IMG/VR virus record: IMGVR_UViG_3300037714_000021
Location: 1 to 46,577 of that record
DNA length: 46,577 bases
DNA from: a virus
Taxonomy: Duplodnaviria > Caudoviricetes
Strand: one strand, 5' to 3'
Shown here: in pieces, positions 16,605 to 27,319 of the stretch
Position numbering within the stretch: position 1 is the first letter of the stretch
How the letters are laid out: each line of letters begins with the position of its first letter
Program-made: the position numbers and the translations under genes
The notes under the pieces: generated by a model
What the model was told of the DNA's origin: nothing
Database searches by the model: none
The model's input: only the letters and a program-made list of their open reading frames with translations

Positions 16605-18011
16605 ATGGCACTCGTACTTGATCCAGCCACCGGGCTGTATGTGGAAGATGGTAAACCGGCGCAACCCGGTGTCGCAGGACGTACCGCGGCGCCGGGGCAG
16701 CCCCGACAGACCAGTTTCGATATAACCAACACCCCGGCCGCGCAACAACGCGCCAACCCCAACGCTATCAACGTAGGGCAGGCCGCCGCTGACGTAGCCC
16801 TCGGCACACTGTCTATCCCCGGAGCTGCCCTGGCTGACTTGGCGCGGTTCCGCGGTGCGCAGGCCCTGGGTGGTGATGTAGGCACGCTAGAAGGCGGTGT
16901 AAACCCGCGCCTGACCGCCGCGCAGAACCGCATTAGCGGGGGCATGTCGCAGTTGGGTCAGGCTACATCACAGGCGTTCCAGCCGATCAGCGACGCCCTT
17001 AGTGGCGCCCGGTCTACTGCTCTCGGCGCGCTGGGCGCTCAGCCGGCCCAGCAGGCTCCGCAACCTACCCCCGTAACTGCCCCCGGTGTTACGCCAACTA
17101 CGGGCGTGCAGGCGCAACAGCCCGCGCCAAGCGCAGGTGTGGTAGGTCCGCAACCCGCCAGCTACGCAGGCACAGGTATCGGTGTTGGCTCCCAAGGGGG
17201 CGAGATATTCCGCCAAGAGGGTGGGGGCGTCCCATCGTTCACTAACGTAAACGCTACACCAGGGCTGCAAGGTCTCACCGGTGCTACCGGACAGGTTGTT
17301 GGCGCGCCGGTAGCAGCGGATTCTACCCAACTGACCGGCTTCGGTGGGTTCGCCCCCGGCGAGGCCCGCGCGTATCTAGACGAATCTGACGCGCGCCGCA
17401 CCACATCACTGCGCGAAGGGCAACAACTCCGCGATCGCTTAGCGATGGACATCAGCCGTAGTGAGCTGGAGCGCAGCACCACACGCGGTAGTGCAACGGA
17501 CCGCGCCGCAGCCCGCCAGAGCCTCCGGGCTCTGAACGAGCAGATAGGTCAGACTGATACCCGCGCAGGCGCCGCGGCGCAGGCACAGGAACAACGCGCC
17601 GGTAATCTGGAGATCGCTAACCTACAAGGGCAGTTTGGTCTGCAGAACGCACAAGCCGCGGCGCAGGGTGCAGTAGAATCAGCACAAGTTAGGTCGCAAG
17701 GTGGGGCTAACCTCGAAGCAGGCGAGCGCGCGGTTCGTGAGCGGTTCAAGAACCAGCAGATCCAAGCCCTACAGGCGCAGGCGATCCAGCTACGACAACA
17801 AGGGACGCCGGAGGCTATTGCCCAAGCCGCACAGGTCGAGCAGCAGATGCAGACGCTGCTAACCGGCGGGGCCGGGCAGCCCGCTTCAAAACCAGTGACA
17901 GATGCGCTGGGGCGCGTGACAGGATTTACCGCAGGAACGGCGTATACTCCTGCGGATGAATCTACTATCGAAGCGCAGAAGCGCGTAGCGGCTCAGTTTA
18001 GCCAGCGCTAG
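16605..18011 (+). CDS. Putative internal virion (ejection) protein
   Basis: A/G/Q-rich with no Cys or Trp; directly precedes the giant virion protein. Confidence 0.6.
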   Translation: MALVLDPATGLYVEDGKPAQPGVAGRTAAPGQPRQTSFDITNTPAAQQRANPNAINVGQAAADVALGTLSIPGAALADLARFRGAQALGGDVGTLEGGVNPRLTAAQNRISGGMSQLGQATSQAFQPISDALSGARSTALGALGAQPAQQAPQPTPVTAPGVTPTTGVQAQQPAPSAGVVGPQPASYAGTGIGVGSQGGEIFRQEGGGVPSFTNVNATPGLQGLTGATGQVVGAPVAADSTQLTGFGGFAPGEARAYLDESDARRTTSLREGQQLRDRLAMDISRSELERSTTRGSATDRAAARQSLRALNEQIGQTDTRAGAAAQAQEQRAGNLEIANLQGQFGLQNAQAAAQGAVESAQVRSQGGANLEAGERAVRERFKNQQIQALQAQAIQLRQQGTPEAIAQAAQVEQQMQTLLTGGAGQPASKPVTDALGRVTGFTAGTAYTPADESTIEAQKRVAAQFSQR

Positions 18012-18035
18012 TTACCCGAATCGGAGAGTTGCAGG

Positions 18036-21000
18036 ATGGCGGAACCAACGTTTTTTGATACTTCCCTGCAACTGCTCCAACTGCAGCAGCAGAACCAAGC
18101 CGCCGCGGACGCCGCACGGCGCCAAGCTGCCATAGACGCCGCGGCGCAGGCCGAACGCACCCGCGACCGTACGCTTGGCGAGGTAGCGGGCGACGTAGGC
18201 TTGGCTGGGCTGCAGTCAGCAGTCAGCTTGGGCGGGTCGGCGTACGGCCTAGCAAACGTGGCTACCCTCGGCGCGCTCGATCGGGCTACCGGGTTCTCCG
18301 GAAATCTCCAAGAAACGCAAGAAACCTTAGAAGGTTGGAAGTCCGCGCCAATCCAAGCGCGACGCGAGAACGTCATGGGTGCGTTCCAACAAGGCGTTGG
18401 TGCTGGGTTGACTGAGGCGGTAACGACCCCCAGCGTCTTGGCAGACATGGGCGTGCAGTCCCTGGCGTTCTTCCTACCTGGGTTGGGCGCGGCGGGCGCG
18501 GCGGCTAAGACAGCACAGGCTACCGCAGCGGCGCGCGGTGCATCTACAGGGGCAGCAGCGCTCCACGCGAACACACAAGCCACACGCGCAGCATTGGCGG
18601 CCAACGCCGCAACCATGGGTGGTATGGGTAACGTCGACGCGATCAACGAGGCACGCGGCGCAGGGTTGAGCGAGAACGAAATACAGCTCGCCGGTATGGG
18701 CGGGGCTGCCGCTAACGCGCTACTGAGTTTCGGGACCAACAAATTCACCGGAGCGGCAGGTCTTGAGGCTCGCGTAGCGCAGCGCTTCGCAGGCGCCGGG
18801 AGCGTAGGTCAAGCAGGTGGTGTGGCCGCCCAGATCGGCGCGGGTGCGCTGCGCGAGGGTACACAAGAGGCGCTGGAGGAATCCGGTCAGCAGGCTATTC
18901 GCAACGTAGCGGGCCAACGACCTATCGAAGAAGGCACCGCCACTAGTGCGACTTTGGGCGGTCTGCTGGGCGGTACGTTCGGCGCAGCGTTCGGCGCAGC
19001 CAACGTACGCAAGCCGACGCAGACGCGCGAGCAGATCCAAGCCGTACAGGCAGAGCTGGAAGCCGAGCTCGAAGGTTTGGGGCTACGCACAGGCGACCGT
19101 CCGCTGGACGCCATGATGCGCGCTCGGCAGGCGGCCGGTGCGATCCAAGAAGAAATTGACTTGGGTGCTACACCGCTACCAGGCGAAACCCGGGAAGAGA
19201 TCGACATCGGCGCCACACCGCTACCCGGCGCCGAGTTCGACGCAGAGGAAATTAACCTCGGTGCCGTACCGCCTCCGGGGCTTAGCGGTCTCAACGCCAT
19301 CGTGGCGCAACAGCGTGCGATACAAGCGCAGCAGCCACCGCGCATGGGTGTGCAGGAGATCAGCTTCGACCAGTACACCGGCGCTACGGACCAAGAAGTT
19401 GCTGGTCTACCGCAGGTAGAGGAAATTACCGGCCGCAGCGTACAGGACATTATCCGCGAGACCGCGCCCATCGAGCGTGTAGCCCAGCAGTTCGGCCCAT
19501 CAGTAGCCGGCGCAGAAGCCGCACGTCGCGCTGCCGCGGCAGAAGTACCTGTAGCCCCGACACAAGCCCCGGACCTGAGTACGCCGAAAGCTCGTGGCGC
19601 GTTCAAGGCGTCGGTACGCCAAGCGTTCGTAGCCAAGGCAGGCATCACCCCACGCCAAGCCCAAGGCGCGCAGTTCGAGGCTATCGTGGATGCTGCAGCC
19701 GCTACTGGCGCACGCCCAGGCACCCCCGAGTTCGACACATTGGTAGGCATAGAAGCCGCGAGCCAGCTAGGGCAGGTAGAAGCTGCCGGCGGACAATCCG
19801 CACTGTTGGGCGCGCTGGTCAACAACTACCCGGTAACAGAAGAACAGCGCGTTGGCGCTGCGTTCGATCGCGGCGGGGTGGCTACTACTGAGGAAGAACT
19901 GTTCGGCACGGCACCGGAGACCGAGGCGCAAGCCCCCCAGGAAGCACCGTTGATCCCAGCCGAGGCGGTAAAAGCCGGCGAGGTGGGGCAGGTGTGGGTA
20001 GACCAACAAGGCCAAGAGTTCCGTGTGGTACAAGCGCCTAACGCTGGCCGCACCGTATTGGTAGAAGACGCCCAAGGCGGACGCCGGGGTATCCCGTTCA
20101 ACCGCGTCCGCGCACAAGGTTGGCAGCTTCGCCCAACCCCGCAGGTAGCCGGGCTCACCGCCGACGCCGCGTCGCAGCTCCGCAATCTGCTTGCCGGTAC
20201 ATACTGGGCTGAACGCGGCGGCCGGCTGCTGCGTGCGCAAGGTGACACAGGCCCAGTGGTAGGTCGTACCGAGTGGCTGTCGTCTATCCCCGAGGTACAG
20301 TCCGTACTGTCGAACACCGGCTACAACGCGGCAGACGTACAAGGCTGGCTCGACCGCGCTGCCACAGGCCAAGGCCGCCCGTTGGGTGACAAGCAGATAG
20401 CCATAATCGAAGGGTTGCTCGACGTTATGTCGCAGCCGCAGGTTGAGGCAGACGTTGCGCCGCAACCAGCCGACGCCGCAACCCCACGACAAGTAACCGC
20501 AGCGACCCCGCGCTACGACGCACAGGCGTGGGCGGACTACATGACCTACCCCGGCGCAGCACAGCTCAATGCACTGGTAGGTATGAAGGAACAGGAGGGC
20601 CACCCACAGCCGGTACTCGCCGGTATGCTGTACGGCGTTGACATAGCCGGCGACTTGGCTGAGTTGAACCCACTTATTATGGCCGCCCAGGCACACCCTG
20701 AGTTCGCGCTTATGCCGAAGGATAGCCGTCTCGAGGTAAATACGCACATCGCCCAAGCGCAGAACCGGGTTACAGGCGCTACGTTCGAGCTGGCGGATAC
20801 GGCGCCGGCTAAGGGTATGGACGCCAAGGTGTTCGACCGCGCCATCACCACGGCCAAAGGCAATATCACGACCCCCCTGTTCGGCGTAGATACCATTGCT
20901 GAGCTGCAAGCCATGTCTGGCATAGCACCGCCCAACAACGTCAAGGGCATGTACCACAACGGTAACATCTACATCGTGCGTGAGAACATCGCCAACGGCA

Positions 21001-24000
21001 AAGATATGACCCTGACCGTCGGGCACGAGCTCGGCCACGTCGGGCTAGGCGCACTACTCGGCCCTAGCCTGAACGCCGCCACCAACCGCATGTGGGCCAA
21101 CGCCGATATGCGCGGGCGCATCCGCGGCAAGATGGCTGATCTCAAGATGGCCCAAGGCACCGAAGCCGAGCGCCGCGCCAGCCGCACACTAGCCGCAGAG
21201 GAAGTGCTGGCTGATATGCTGGCCTCCGGTGAGCGGCTGAACAAGGACATCTGGTCCAAGCTCCGCGCTGGTGTACGTGACTTCTTTGCTCGCGTCTTCG
21301 GTGTGCGGGACTATGCGGTTAGCAACAAAGAAGTCGACGCGTTGCTGGGCGACGTGGCGCGGGTGATCAACGGTGCTGCGGCTGGGCAGGTCCGTAGCGA
21401 CCTAGCCAACGCGGAGTTGTGGTTCACAGACCCATCGGTTGTATCGGCCAGCGATCCGAAGTTCTCGCAGGCGACGACTGACTTGAACGAACTGATGCGC
21501 CGTGCGCAGTCCGAGTCGGAAGACACGGTTAAGCATCTAGGCCACATCGCCAAGGCTGCTGCGGACTCTACCGCCGAGGTCGGCAGGAAGGCTCGAGCCG
21601 CGTTGTCCGAGGGGTCGGCCGGTACTTTCATGCGCGACTGGTTCATGGGTCTGGACAACATCGTCGACTGGCACGACAAGCTATTCACTATCCCCGGCAC
21701 CAAGAAGGGGCTGCTGCGGGCGGTGTTCGACGAGAAAGAAGCCAAGGACGCGACGTTCAGCCGACTCAACGCCAAGCGCCTGGTACGCGAGTACACGACT
21801 GCGAAGAATGGAGAGGAAGTCAAAGAGTCGCTGCCTCTGGCGTCTGTGAACGATGTCATGGAGACGTGGGACAACTTCCAGCGCTCCAGCCCGAACCGCG
21901 CAGACCTACTTGATTTCGTACTGACAGACGGCACGTACTACCAAGTGTTCCCCGACCGGGGGTGGGACGACCAAGCGACAAAGGACTTCGATTACGAGGC
22001 CAAGGGTTACACCGAGGAGGAGCGCAAGGCTGCCTACGAGCGGGTGCGCGCTGCGTACAAGCAGATTGGCGACACTGGCCAGAGCATCTACAAGAACTCT
22101 CAGGCGATCTACGCGCAACGGTTCGCAGAGTATTACAAGTCCATCACCAGCGAGGCTGAGCGCCGCGGCGACCAGGCCAAGGAGTCCGCGGCAGCTAAAG
22201 GCGCCGACGCAGAACAGACGGCTGCCAAGGTGGATGCGGCTGTGGCTCGATACAAGCATGCCATAGGCCAGATCATGGGGCGTATCAAGCAGGGCCCGTA
22301 CTCGCCGCTGCAGCGCTACGGCAACCATCTGCTCACTGTGCGTGACGCACAAGGCGACGTTGTTCTGTTCGCCGGGTTCGACACGCGCGCCGAGGCAGAC
22401 GCTGCGGCTTCTGAGATCGAGCAAGCCCGCGCAGCCGCCGGTGAGCGCGTAGTGATTAACATCGGCACACCCAAGGACACCACGATGGATGCCACCGGCG
22501 CGGCTCGCAGCGACATCGACGCGATCCGTAACGAGGTGTTGTCGATGCTCCCCGATGACATGGATGCGGATCTACGCGAAAGCGCTACCACCGCAATAAC
22601 CGCAGGCTTGGCTGAGGTCTACCTACAGTCGCTGCCGGCTAAGTCGTTCGCCAAGCACGCGCTGGGTCGCAAGAACGTAGCCGGCTACGACCGGGACGCA
22701 CTGCGGTCGTTTGCTAACTACACCATGCGCTCCGCTCGGGCGGTGGCCAACGTGCAGTTTGACGGTCGCATCGCGGACGCGGTAACTGAGGTACAGACCT
22801 ACGTCAAGGATGTAGCTGAGGGCAAGTATTCCGACGCCGAGGGTGTTGTTCGCACCGACACGCAGAAGCTGCAGGGTATTGCCAACTCGGTGAAGAACCA
22901 GCACCTCGCTGCGTCCAGGGTCGAGCAGAACAAAGTCGTCAACGCGGCCACAGCGGTGGCGTTCACGTACCAGCTCACCAGCCCCAGCCACATGTTCATG
23001 AACGCCACGCAGACCCTGTTCATGTCCCTCCCACGATTGGCGGGCAAATACGGTGCAGGCCGGGCGGGGAAAGAGATCAACAAGGCGCTGGGTGAATACG
23101 CCAAGTCCGGGTTCGACTTGCTCAACGACGCGGTGGATGCCAACGGAGTGCCGAAGGCCAGCCTGCGCAAGTCGGCAGATCCGCGCGACCAGATGCTGCT
23201 GGAGGTACTCGAGCAGATCAAGGCTGACGGGCCGCTGGATATCACCCAAGCCCACGACGCCGCAGGTATCGCCGACGGCAGCACCACGGAGCTGTCGCCG
23301 TATACCAGCAAAGTGATGAAGTGGCTGTCGTACTTCATGCACAAGTCCGAAGTATTCAACCGGCAGGTAACAGGTGCTGCGGCTATTCGGCTGGAGATGG
23401 CGAACACGCTGAATGGCAAGGCCGTACCGACTAGCGACGCAGAGCGGCAGGCGTTGAGGGCTGAGCTGGTAAACGCCGGTAAGGAGGCTATCCGCACCAC
23501 GCAGTTCAACTACAGCCAGTTCAACAAGTCACGGTCTATGCAGTCGCCGACCGGCAAGCTACTGCTGCAATACAAGACCTACCAGTTCAACATGCTCTCG
23601 ACGATCGCCATGGACATCCGCGACGCCGAGCTGGGCAAGCTGGTGCTGATGCAGGAGCCGATAAACGCCGAGGAGGCTGCCATAGCCCGCAGGACACTGT
23701 CATGGGTGCTCGGTATGCAGCTCGCGTTCACTGGGGCGGTGGGTACGATATTGGCGCCGTTCGTATTCGGGCTTGCCGATGCGTTCCGCGATGACGACGA
23801 TCTGCTGTCCAGCAAGGACGAGTTCCTGGTGGAAGCGGCCAAGCTCGGCATCGTCGGCGAGATCGTGTCCAAGGGGCTGTTCTCGCGGGTGATGGATACT
23901 GCGCGGATCGAGGCCGGCACACTGATCCCACTACTCGGGCAGGGCGGGTTTGCGCCAGTAGCGGGCGCGCCGAGCGAGACGTTCACCTACTACCTGACGC

Positions 24001-24536
24001 AGAATCTCGGCCCAGCCGCCGGGTTGGCGAAGAACTTGTACGGTGGGACCGCGGACTTGTTCGACGGCAACGTGGAGAAGGCGGTGGGCAAGTTGCTGCC
24101 GAAGCCAGGAGCCGACCTATGGAAGTCGACATTCGATTCGGCCAAAGGCGTGCGGGACGCTCGCGGCGTTGTGTACTTCGAACCTAACCCGTTCGACACG
24201 TTCATGGGATTGGCCGGGTTCCGCAGCGGAGACCGCCGCGAGGCTGACGCGCTCCGCAGTCGACTGTATAGCGCAACCACCACCATGTTCGACGTGCGCA
24301 ACCGGTACTTGCAGCGCTTGGCCGTAGCCCAGACCAGCGGCGATATAGCGGGCGTGAACGACGCCATCGCAGATATCCAAGCGTGGAGCCAAGAGCACCC
24401 AGACATGGCGTTCCGCAAACAGGAGATTGCATCGGCGATAACCAAGCGGGTTAAGACCGAGTACAATGCGGCTCAGTTCGGCCTACCAACCGCCGCACGG
24501 ATAACCCCGTCGATGGCAGAGATCGTAGGGCTGTGA
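18036..24536 (+). CDS. Giant internal virion/DNA-ejection protein with zincin-like and PLxRFG-type regions (2166 aa)
   Basis: Gly/Ala-rich hydrophobic N-terminus; HELGH...EEVLAD at ~21024-21215; YSPLQRYG at ~22299-22322. Confidence 0.8.
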   Translation: MAEPTFFDTSLQLLQLQQQNQAAADAARRQAAIDAAAQAERTRDRTLGEVAGDVGLAGLQSAVSLGGSAYGLANVATLGALDRATGFSGNLQETQETLEGWKSAPIQARRENVMGAFQQGVGAGLTEAVTTPSVLADMGVQSLAFFLPGLGAAGAAAKTAQATAAARGASTGAAALHANTQATRAALAANAATMGGMGNVDAINEARGAGLSENEIQLAGMGGAAANALLSFGTNKFTGAAGLEARVAQRFAGAGSVGQAGGVAAQIGAGALREGTQEALEESGQQAIRNVAGQRPIEEGTATSATLGGLLGGTFGAAFGAANVRKPTQTREQIQAVQAELEAELEGLGLRTGDRPLDAMMRARQAAGAIQEEIDLGATPLPGETREEIDIGATPLPGAEFDAEEINLGAVPPPGLSGLNAIVAQQRAIQAQQPPRMGVQEISFDQYTGATDQEVAGLPQVEEITGRSVQDIIRETAPIERVAQQFGPSVAGAEAARRAAAAEVPVAPTQAPDLSTPKARGAFKASVRQAFVAKAGITPRQAQGAQFEAIVDAAAATGARPGTPEFDTLVGIEAASQLGQVEAAGGQSALLGALVNNYPVTEEQRVGAAFDRGGVATTEEELFGTAPETEAQAPQEAPLIPAEAVKAGEVGQVWVDQQGQEFRVVQAPNAGRTVLVEDAQGGRRGIPFNRVRAQGWQLRPTPQVAGLTADAASQLRNLLAGTYWAERGGRLLRAQGDTGPVVGRTEWLSSIPEVQSVLSNTGYNAADVQGWLDRAATGQGRPLGDKQIAIIEGLLDVMSQPQVEADVAPQPADAATPRQVTAATPRYDAQAWADYMTYPGAAQLNALVGMKEQEGHPQPVLAGMLYGVDIAGDLAELNPLIMAAQAHPEFALMPKDSRLEVNTHIAQAQNRVTGATFELADTAPAKGMDAKVFDRAITTAKGNITTPLFGVDTIAELQAMSGIAPPNNVKGMYHNGNIYIVRENIANGKDMTLTVGHELGHVGLGALLGPSLNAATNRMWANADMRGRIRGKMADLKMAQGTEAERRASRTLAAEEVLADMLASGERLNKDIWSKLRAGVRDFFARVFGVRDYAVSNKEVDALLGDVARVINGAAAGQVRSDLANAELWFTDPSVVSASDPKFSQATTDLNELMRRAQSESEDTVKHLGHIAKAAADSTAEVGRKARAALSEGSAGTFMRDWFMGLDNIVDWHDKLFTIPGTKKGLLRAVFDEKEAKDATFSRLNAKRLVREYTTAKNGEEVKESLPLASVNDVMETWDNFQRSSPNRADLLDFVLTDGTYYQVFPDRGWDDQATKDFDYEAKGYTEEERKAAYERVRAAYKQIGDTGQSIYKNSQAIYAQRFAEYYKSITSEAERRGDQAKESAAAKGADAEQTAAKVDAAVARYKHAIGQIMGRIKQGPYSPLQRYGNHLLTVRDAQGDVVLFAGFDTRAEADAAASEIEQARAAAGERVVINIGTPKDTTMDATGAARSDIDAIRNEVLSMLPDDMDADLRESATTAITAGLAEVYLQSLPAKSFAKHALGRKNVAGYDRDALRSFANYTMRSARAVANVQFDGRIADAVTEVQTYVKDVAEGKYSDAEGVVRTDTQKLQGIANSVKNQHLAASRVEQNKVVNAATAVAFTYQLTSPSHMFMNATQTLFMSLPRLAGKYGAGRAGKEINKALGEYAKSGFDLLNDAVDANGVPKASLRKSADPRDQMLLEVLEQIKADGPLDITQAHDAAGIADGSTTELSPYTSKVMKWLSYFMHKSEVFNRQVTGAAAIRLEMANTLNGKAVPTSDAERQALRAELVNAGKEAIRTTQFNYSQFNKSRSMQSPTGKLLLQYKTYQFNMLSTIAMDIRDAELGKLVLMQEPINAEEAAIARRTLSWVLGMQLAFTGAVGTILAPFVFGLADAFRDDDDLLSSKDEFLVEAAKLGIVGEIVSKGLFSRVMDTARIEAGTLIPLLGQGGFAPVAGAPSETFTYYLTQNLGPAAGLAKNLYGGTADLFDGNVEKAVGKLLPKPGADLWKSTFDSAKGVRDARGVVYFEPNPFDTFMGLAGFRSGDRREADALRSRLYSATTTMFDVRNRYLQRLAVAQTSGDIAGVNDAIADIQAWSQEHPDMAFRKQEIASAITKRVKTEYNAAQFGLPTAARITPSMAEIVGL

Positions 24537-24587
24537 TAGCCTTCGAGCAGTACAAAAACTCACCTAGCAGTAAGGGTAGGCCGAGGC

Positions 24588-24998
24588 ATGTTAGATATGC
24601 AGACTAACGTCGAAGTACTCAAAACCGAGATGCGTGGTCTGCAGACCGGCATGTCGGAGCTGGCCGCCAAGATGGATATGCTCATATCCATGCAAGTGCA
24701 GTTGGTTCGATTGCAGGAACAGCACGACACGCATAGACAGGCGCTCGATCGAGCGTTCTCGTCCATCCGAGTCAATGGCGAAGAAGTCCGCCGGGTGGAT
24801 AGCAGCTTTCACAAGGCGTACAGTTTCATCAAAGGGGGCGCCTTGGTTGGCACCCTGCTGCTGGGGTTCATCCAGTGGTACGTGGTCGGGCAGATCAACA
24901 CGCTCAACCAAGTCGACGTGGACCTCAAGGCTGTGGACCGGCGCATCGCGGTAATCGAGTCGAAGGTCTGGGTCGGTACATCTGGAGATAGCAAATGA
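24588..24998 (+). CDS. Coiled-coil membrane protein (holin/antiholin-like)
   Basis: One hydrophobic segment GALVGTLLLGFIQWYVV flanked by heptad repeats; first gene of the lysis cluster. Confidence 0.6.
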   Translation: MLDMQTNVEVLKTEMRGLQTGMSELAAKMDMLISMQVQLVRLQEQHDTHRQALDRAFSSIRVNGEEVRRVDSSFHKAYSFIKGGALVGTLLLGFIQWYVVGQINTLNQVDVDLKAVDRRIAVIESKVWVGTSGDSK

Positions 24999-25417
24999 AT
25001 CCACTATTGCTAGGCGGTATTTTTGATATTGGCGGCAAGCTGTTGGACAAGTTCTTCCCGGATCCCGCAGAGCGTGCGCGCAAGCAAATCGAGCTGTTGG
25101 CTATGCAGCAGGCTGGCGAGCTGAAAGAACTCGAGACGCGCATGTCGGCTATCTTGGCTGAGGCCAGCAGCGCCGATCCATGGACCAGTCGAGCCCGCCC
25201 CAGCTTCCTGTACGTGTTCTACTTCATCATCCTGTCCATGGTGTTCCTCGCGCCGGTGATCGGCGTGTTCGCCCCCACCCAGATGGACGTGTACTTCACT
25301 AACGTCGGGCGTGGGTTCGCGGCGATCCCTGAGCAGATGTGGTGGGCCTTTACCACGGGCTATCTTGGTTACGCTGGCGCCCGCACCTACGAGAAGAATA
25401 AGGGGGTCGCCAAGTGA
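24995..25417 (+). CDS. Holin, 3-TM GTA/DUF3154-like
   Basis: KLLDKFFPDP, AEASS.DPWTSRARP.F.Y, GYLGY.GART.EK.KG. Confidence 0.85.
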   Translation: MNPLLLGGIFDIGGKLLDKFFPDPAERARKQIELLAMQQAGELKELETRMSAILAEASSADPWTSRARPSFLYVFYFIILSMVFLAPVIGVFAPTQMDVYFTNVGRGFAAIPEQMWWAFTTGYLGYAGARTYEKNKGVAK

Positions 25418-26127
25418 GCTTCCTGCAAGCCCTAGCGGTATTATTCCGCAAACCCGACCCAACACCCAGCCGCAAGGAGGAAGCCGCACCTGTGGCTGTA
25501 TCGTTGACGGAGAAGCAGTTCTCCACCCTGTTCCCCAAAGCCAACCCGATGATCCGCGCGCCGCTCAATCGCGTCATGGCCCGGTACAAGATCGACTCCC
25601 CAGTGCGCGCCGCTGCGTTCCTTGCCCAGATCGGGCACGAGTCCGCAGGGCTGACCCTCGTGGTAGAGAACCTGAACTACAGCGCCGAAGGGTTGGCCGC
25701 CACATGGCCGTCGCGGTATCGCGGCACCAGCGGCGCACCTAACGCCCTGGCCCAGAACCTCGCGCGCAAGCCGGAGGCCATCGCCAACAACACCTACGCT
25801 AACCGTATCGGTAACGGCGACGAGGCGTCGGGGGGTGGCTGGAAGTTCCGCGGGCGTGGGTTTATGCAGACCACGGGCCGCGCCAACTACGCTAAGCTAG
25901 GGGCTGCGGTGGGTACGAACTTCACCGCGGTGCCTGAGCTGCTGGAGCAGCCGGAGTATGCTGCGGTATCCGCCGCGTTCTTCTGGCACTCGAACGGGCT
26001 GAATGAATTGGCCGACGCAGGTGAGTTCGACCAGATTACCCGCAAGATCAACGGCGGCACCCACGGCACCGCAGACCGCAGAGCACGGTGGGAAAAGGCC
26101 AAGCAGGTGTTGAATGGCAACGGATAA
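25414..26127 (+). CDS. Endolysin, glycoside hydrolase family 19
   Basis: FLAQIGHES, ENLNYS, FRGRG.MQ.TGR.NY, INGG.HG..DR. Confidence 0.92.
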   Translation: MSFLQALAVLFRKPDPTPSRKEEAAPVAVSLTEKQFSTLFPKANPMIRAPLNRVMARYKIDSPVRAAAFLAQIGHESAGLTLVVENLNYSAEGLAATWPSRYRGTSGAPNALAQNLARKPEAIANNTYANRIGNGDEASGGGWKFRGRGFMQTTGRANYAKLGAAVGTNFTAVPELLEQPEYAAVSAAFFWHSNGLNELADAGEFDQITRKINGGTHGTADRRARWEKAKQVLNGNG

Positions 26128-27319
26128 ACGCGACAACTGGTCCAAGGGCTCCAACAACCTAGCGTCCAAGGACCGGCTGCCGGAAGGGTTCGTCCGCCAT
26201 ACGGTCAACCTCGACCCGCTCCCCGGTGGGCGACTGGCGTTGCGCGCTGGGTACGAACAGGTCTACGCCGGCACCGCGGTTCGCGGCGTGCTGTCGTTGG
26301 GTAATAACCTGCTCATCGCCGATGGTGCCGACCTAGTTGAACTCAACACTGAGAGCGGCGTATCGCGGGTGCTGCGTACCATCGCGGGTGCCGGTGCGTT
26401 CTCCGGCGACGTGCTCAACGACGTGTTGTATTTCAGCACCGAGAACGAGTGCCTACAGTACGACGGCCTCGAAGTTACGCCGTGGGGTGTGCCGGACGTG
26501 CTGTACCAACCAACCGTTACAGCGTCTGCGGCCGGTGGGTTGATCGAGGGTTACTACCAAGTGGCCGTCACCCATACCGACGCTTGGGGTCGTGAGGGTG
26601 GCACCGACAAGCCGATCGTTATCTTCGCGGACACTGGTGCAGCCCTGACCATAACCACCGCGTCTGTTCCTACTGACTGCGTAGTAAACATCTACGTCAG
26701 CTCGGTTAATGGCAACACGCTGTACCACCAGAACACTGTCGACGTAACAGGCGATGTGGTAGTAGGGCAGGTGCGCGACGACACGGTACGCTGCACCACC
26801 GTACTGACCCGCGCCCCGCGCCCAGGCGTTATGGTAGCAGCGCACAACGCGACCCTGGCGATAGCCAAGAACAACGTGGTCGAGCAGACCAAACCCATGC
26901 AGCCCCACCTGGTTGACCGGGTGCGTGGGTTCCTCCAGTTCGGGGCGGATGTCGGTGTGCTGCTGAGCGCCGATGCGTTGTTCGTCAGCGCCGATAAGTG
27001 TTACGCCTTGACAAACGTCGAGGGTGATGGAATAAGCCAGAAAACGGTGTTAGAATTTCCCGCAGTTCCAGGCACAGCGGTGCAGCTACCAGATGGGCGG
27101 GGCGCATTCATGACACGATACGGGCAGGCGATAACCAACGGCGACGGGATACAACTCGTCAACCGGGATACATTCGCCCCTGTAGACACGTCGCGGGGCG
27201 CAGCCGGCGTACTGGAGAACAACGGCAACCAGCTGGTTGTCACCACGCTGCAAGGCAAAAACAGGCCGAATCCGTTGGCCGCATCTGACTTCTTCGTTGG
27301 GGAGATTATAAACCCATGA
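26114..27319 (+). CDS. Putative tail structural protein
   Basis: Beta-rich 401 aa; N-terminal G.NN.....RLP.G.V....N.D pattern of podovirus tail proteins. Confidence 0.6.
   Translation: MATDKRDNWSKGSNNLASKDRLPEGFVRHTVNLDPLPGGRLALRAGYEQVYAGTAVRGVLSLGNNLLIADGADLVELNTESGVSRVLRTIAGAGAFSGDVLNDVLYFSTENECLQYDGLEVTPWGVPDVLYQPTVTASAAGGLIEGYYQVAVTHTDAWGREGGTDKPIVIFADTGAALTITTASVPTDCVVNIYVSSVNGNTLYHQNTVDVTGDVVVGQVRDDTVRCTTVLTRAPRPGVMVAAHNATLAIAKNNVVEQTKPMQPHLVDRVRGFLQFGADVGVLLSADALFVSADKCYALTNVEGDGISQKTVLEFPAVPGTAVQLPDGRGAFMTRYGQAITNGDGIQLVNRDTFAPVDTSRGAAGVLENNGNQLVVTTLQGKNRPNPLAASDFFVGEIINP

Noticed and set aside
25311-25742. Embedded spanin in an alternative frame of the lysis genes
   Set aside because: No signal peptide, lipobox or TM segment
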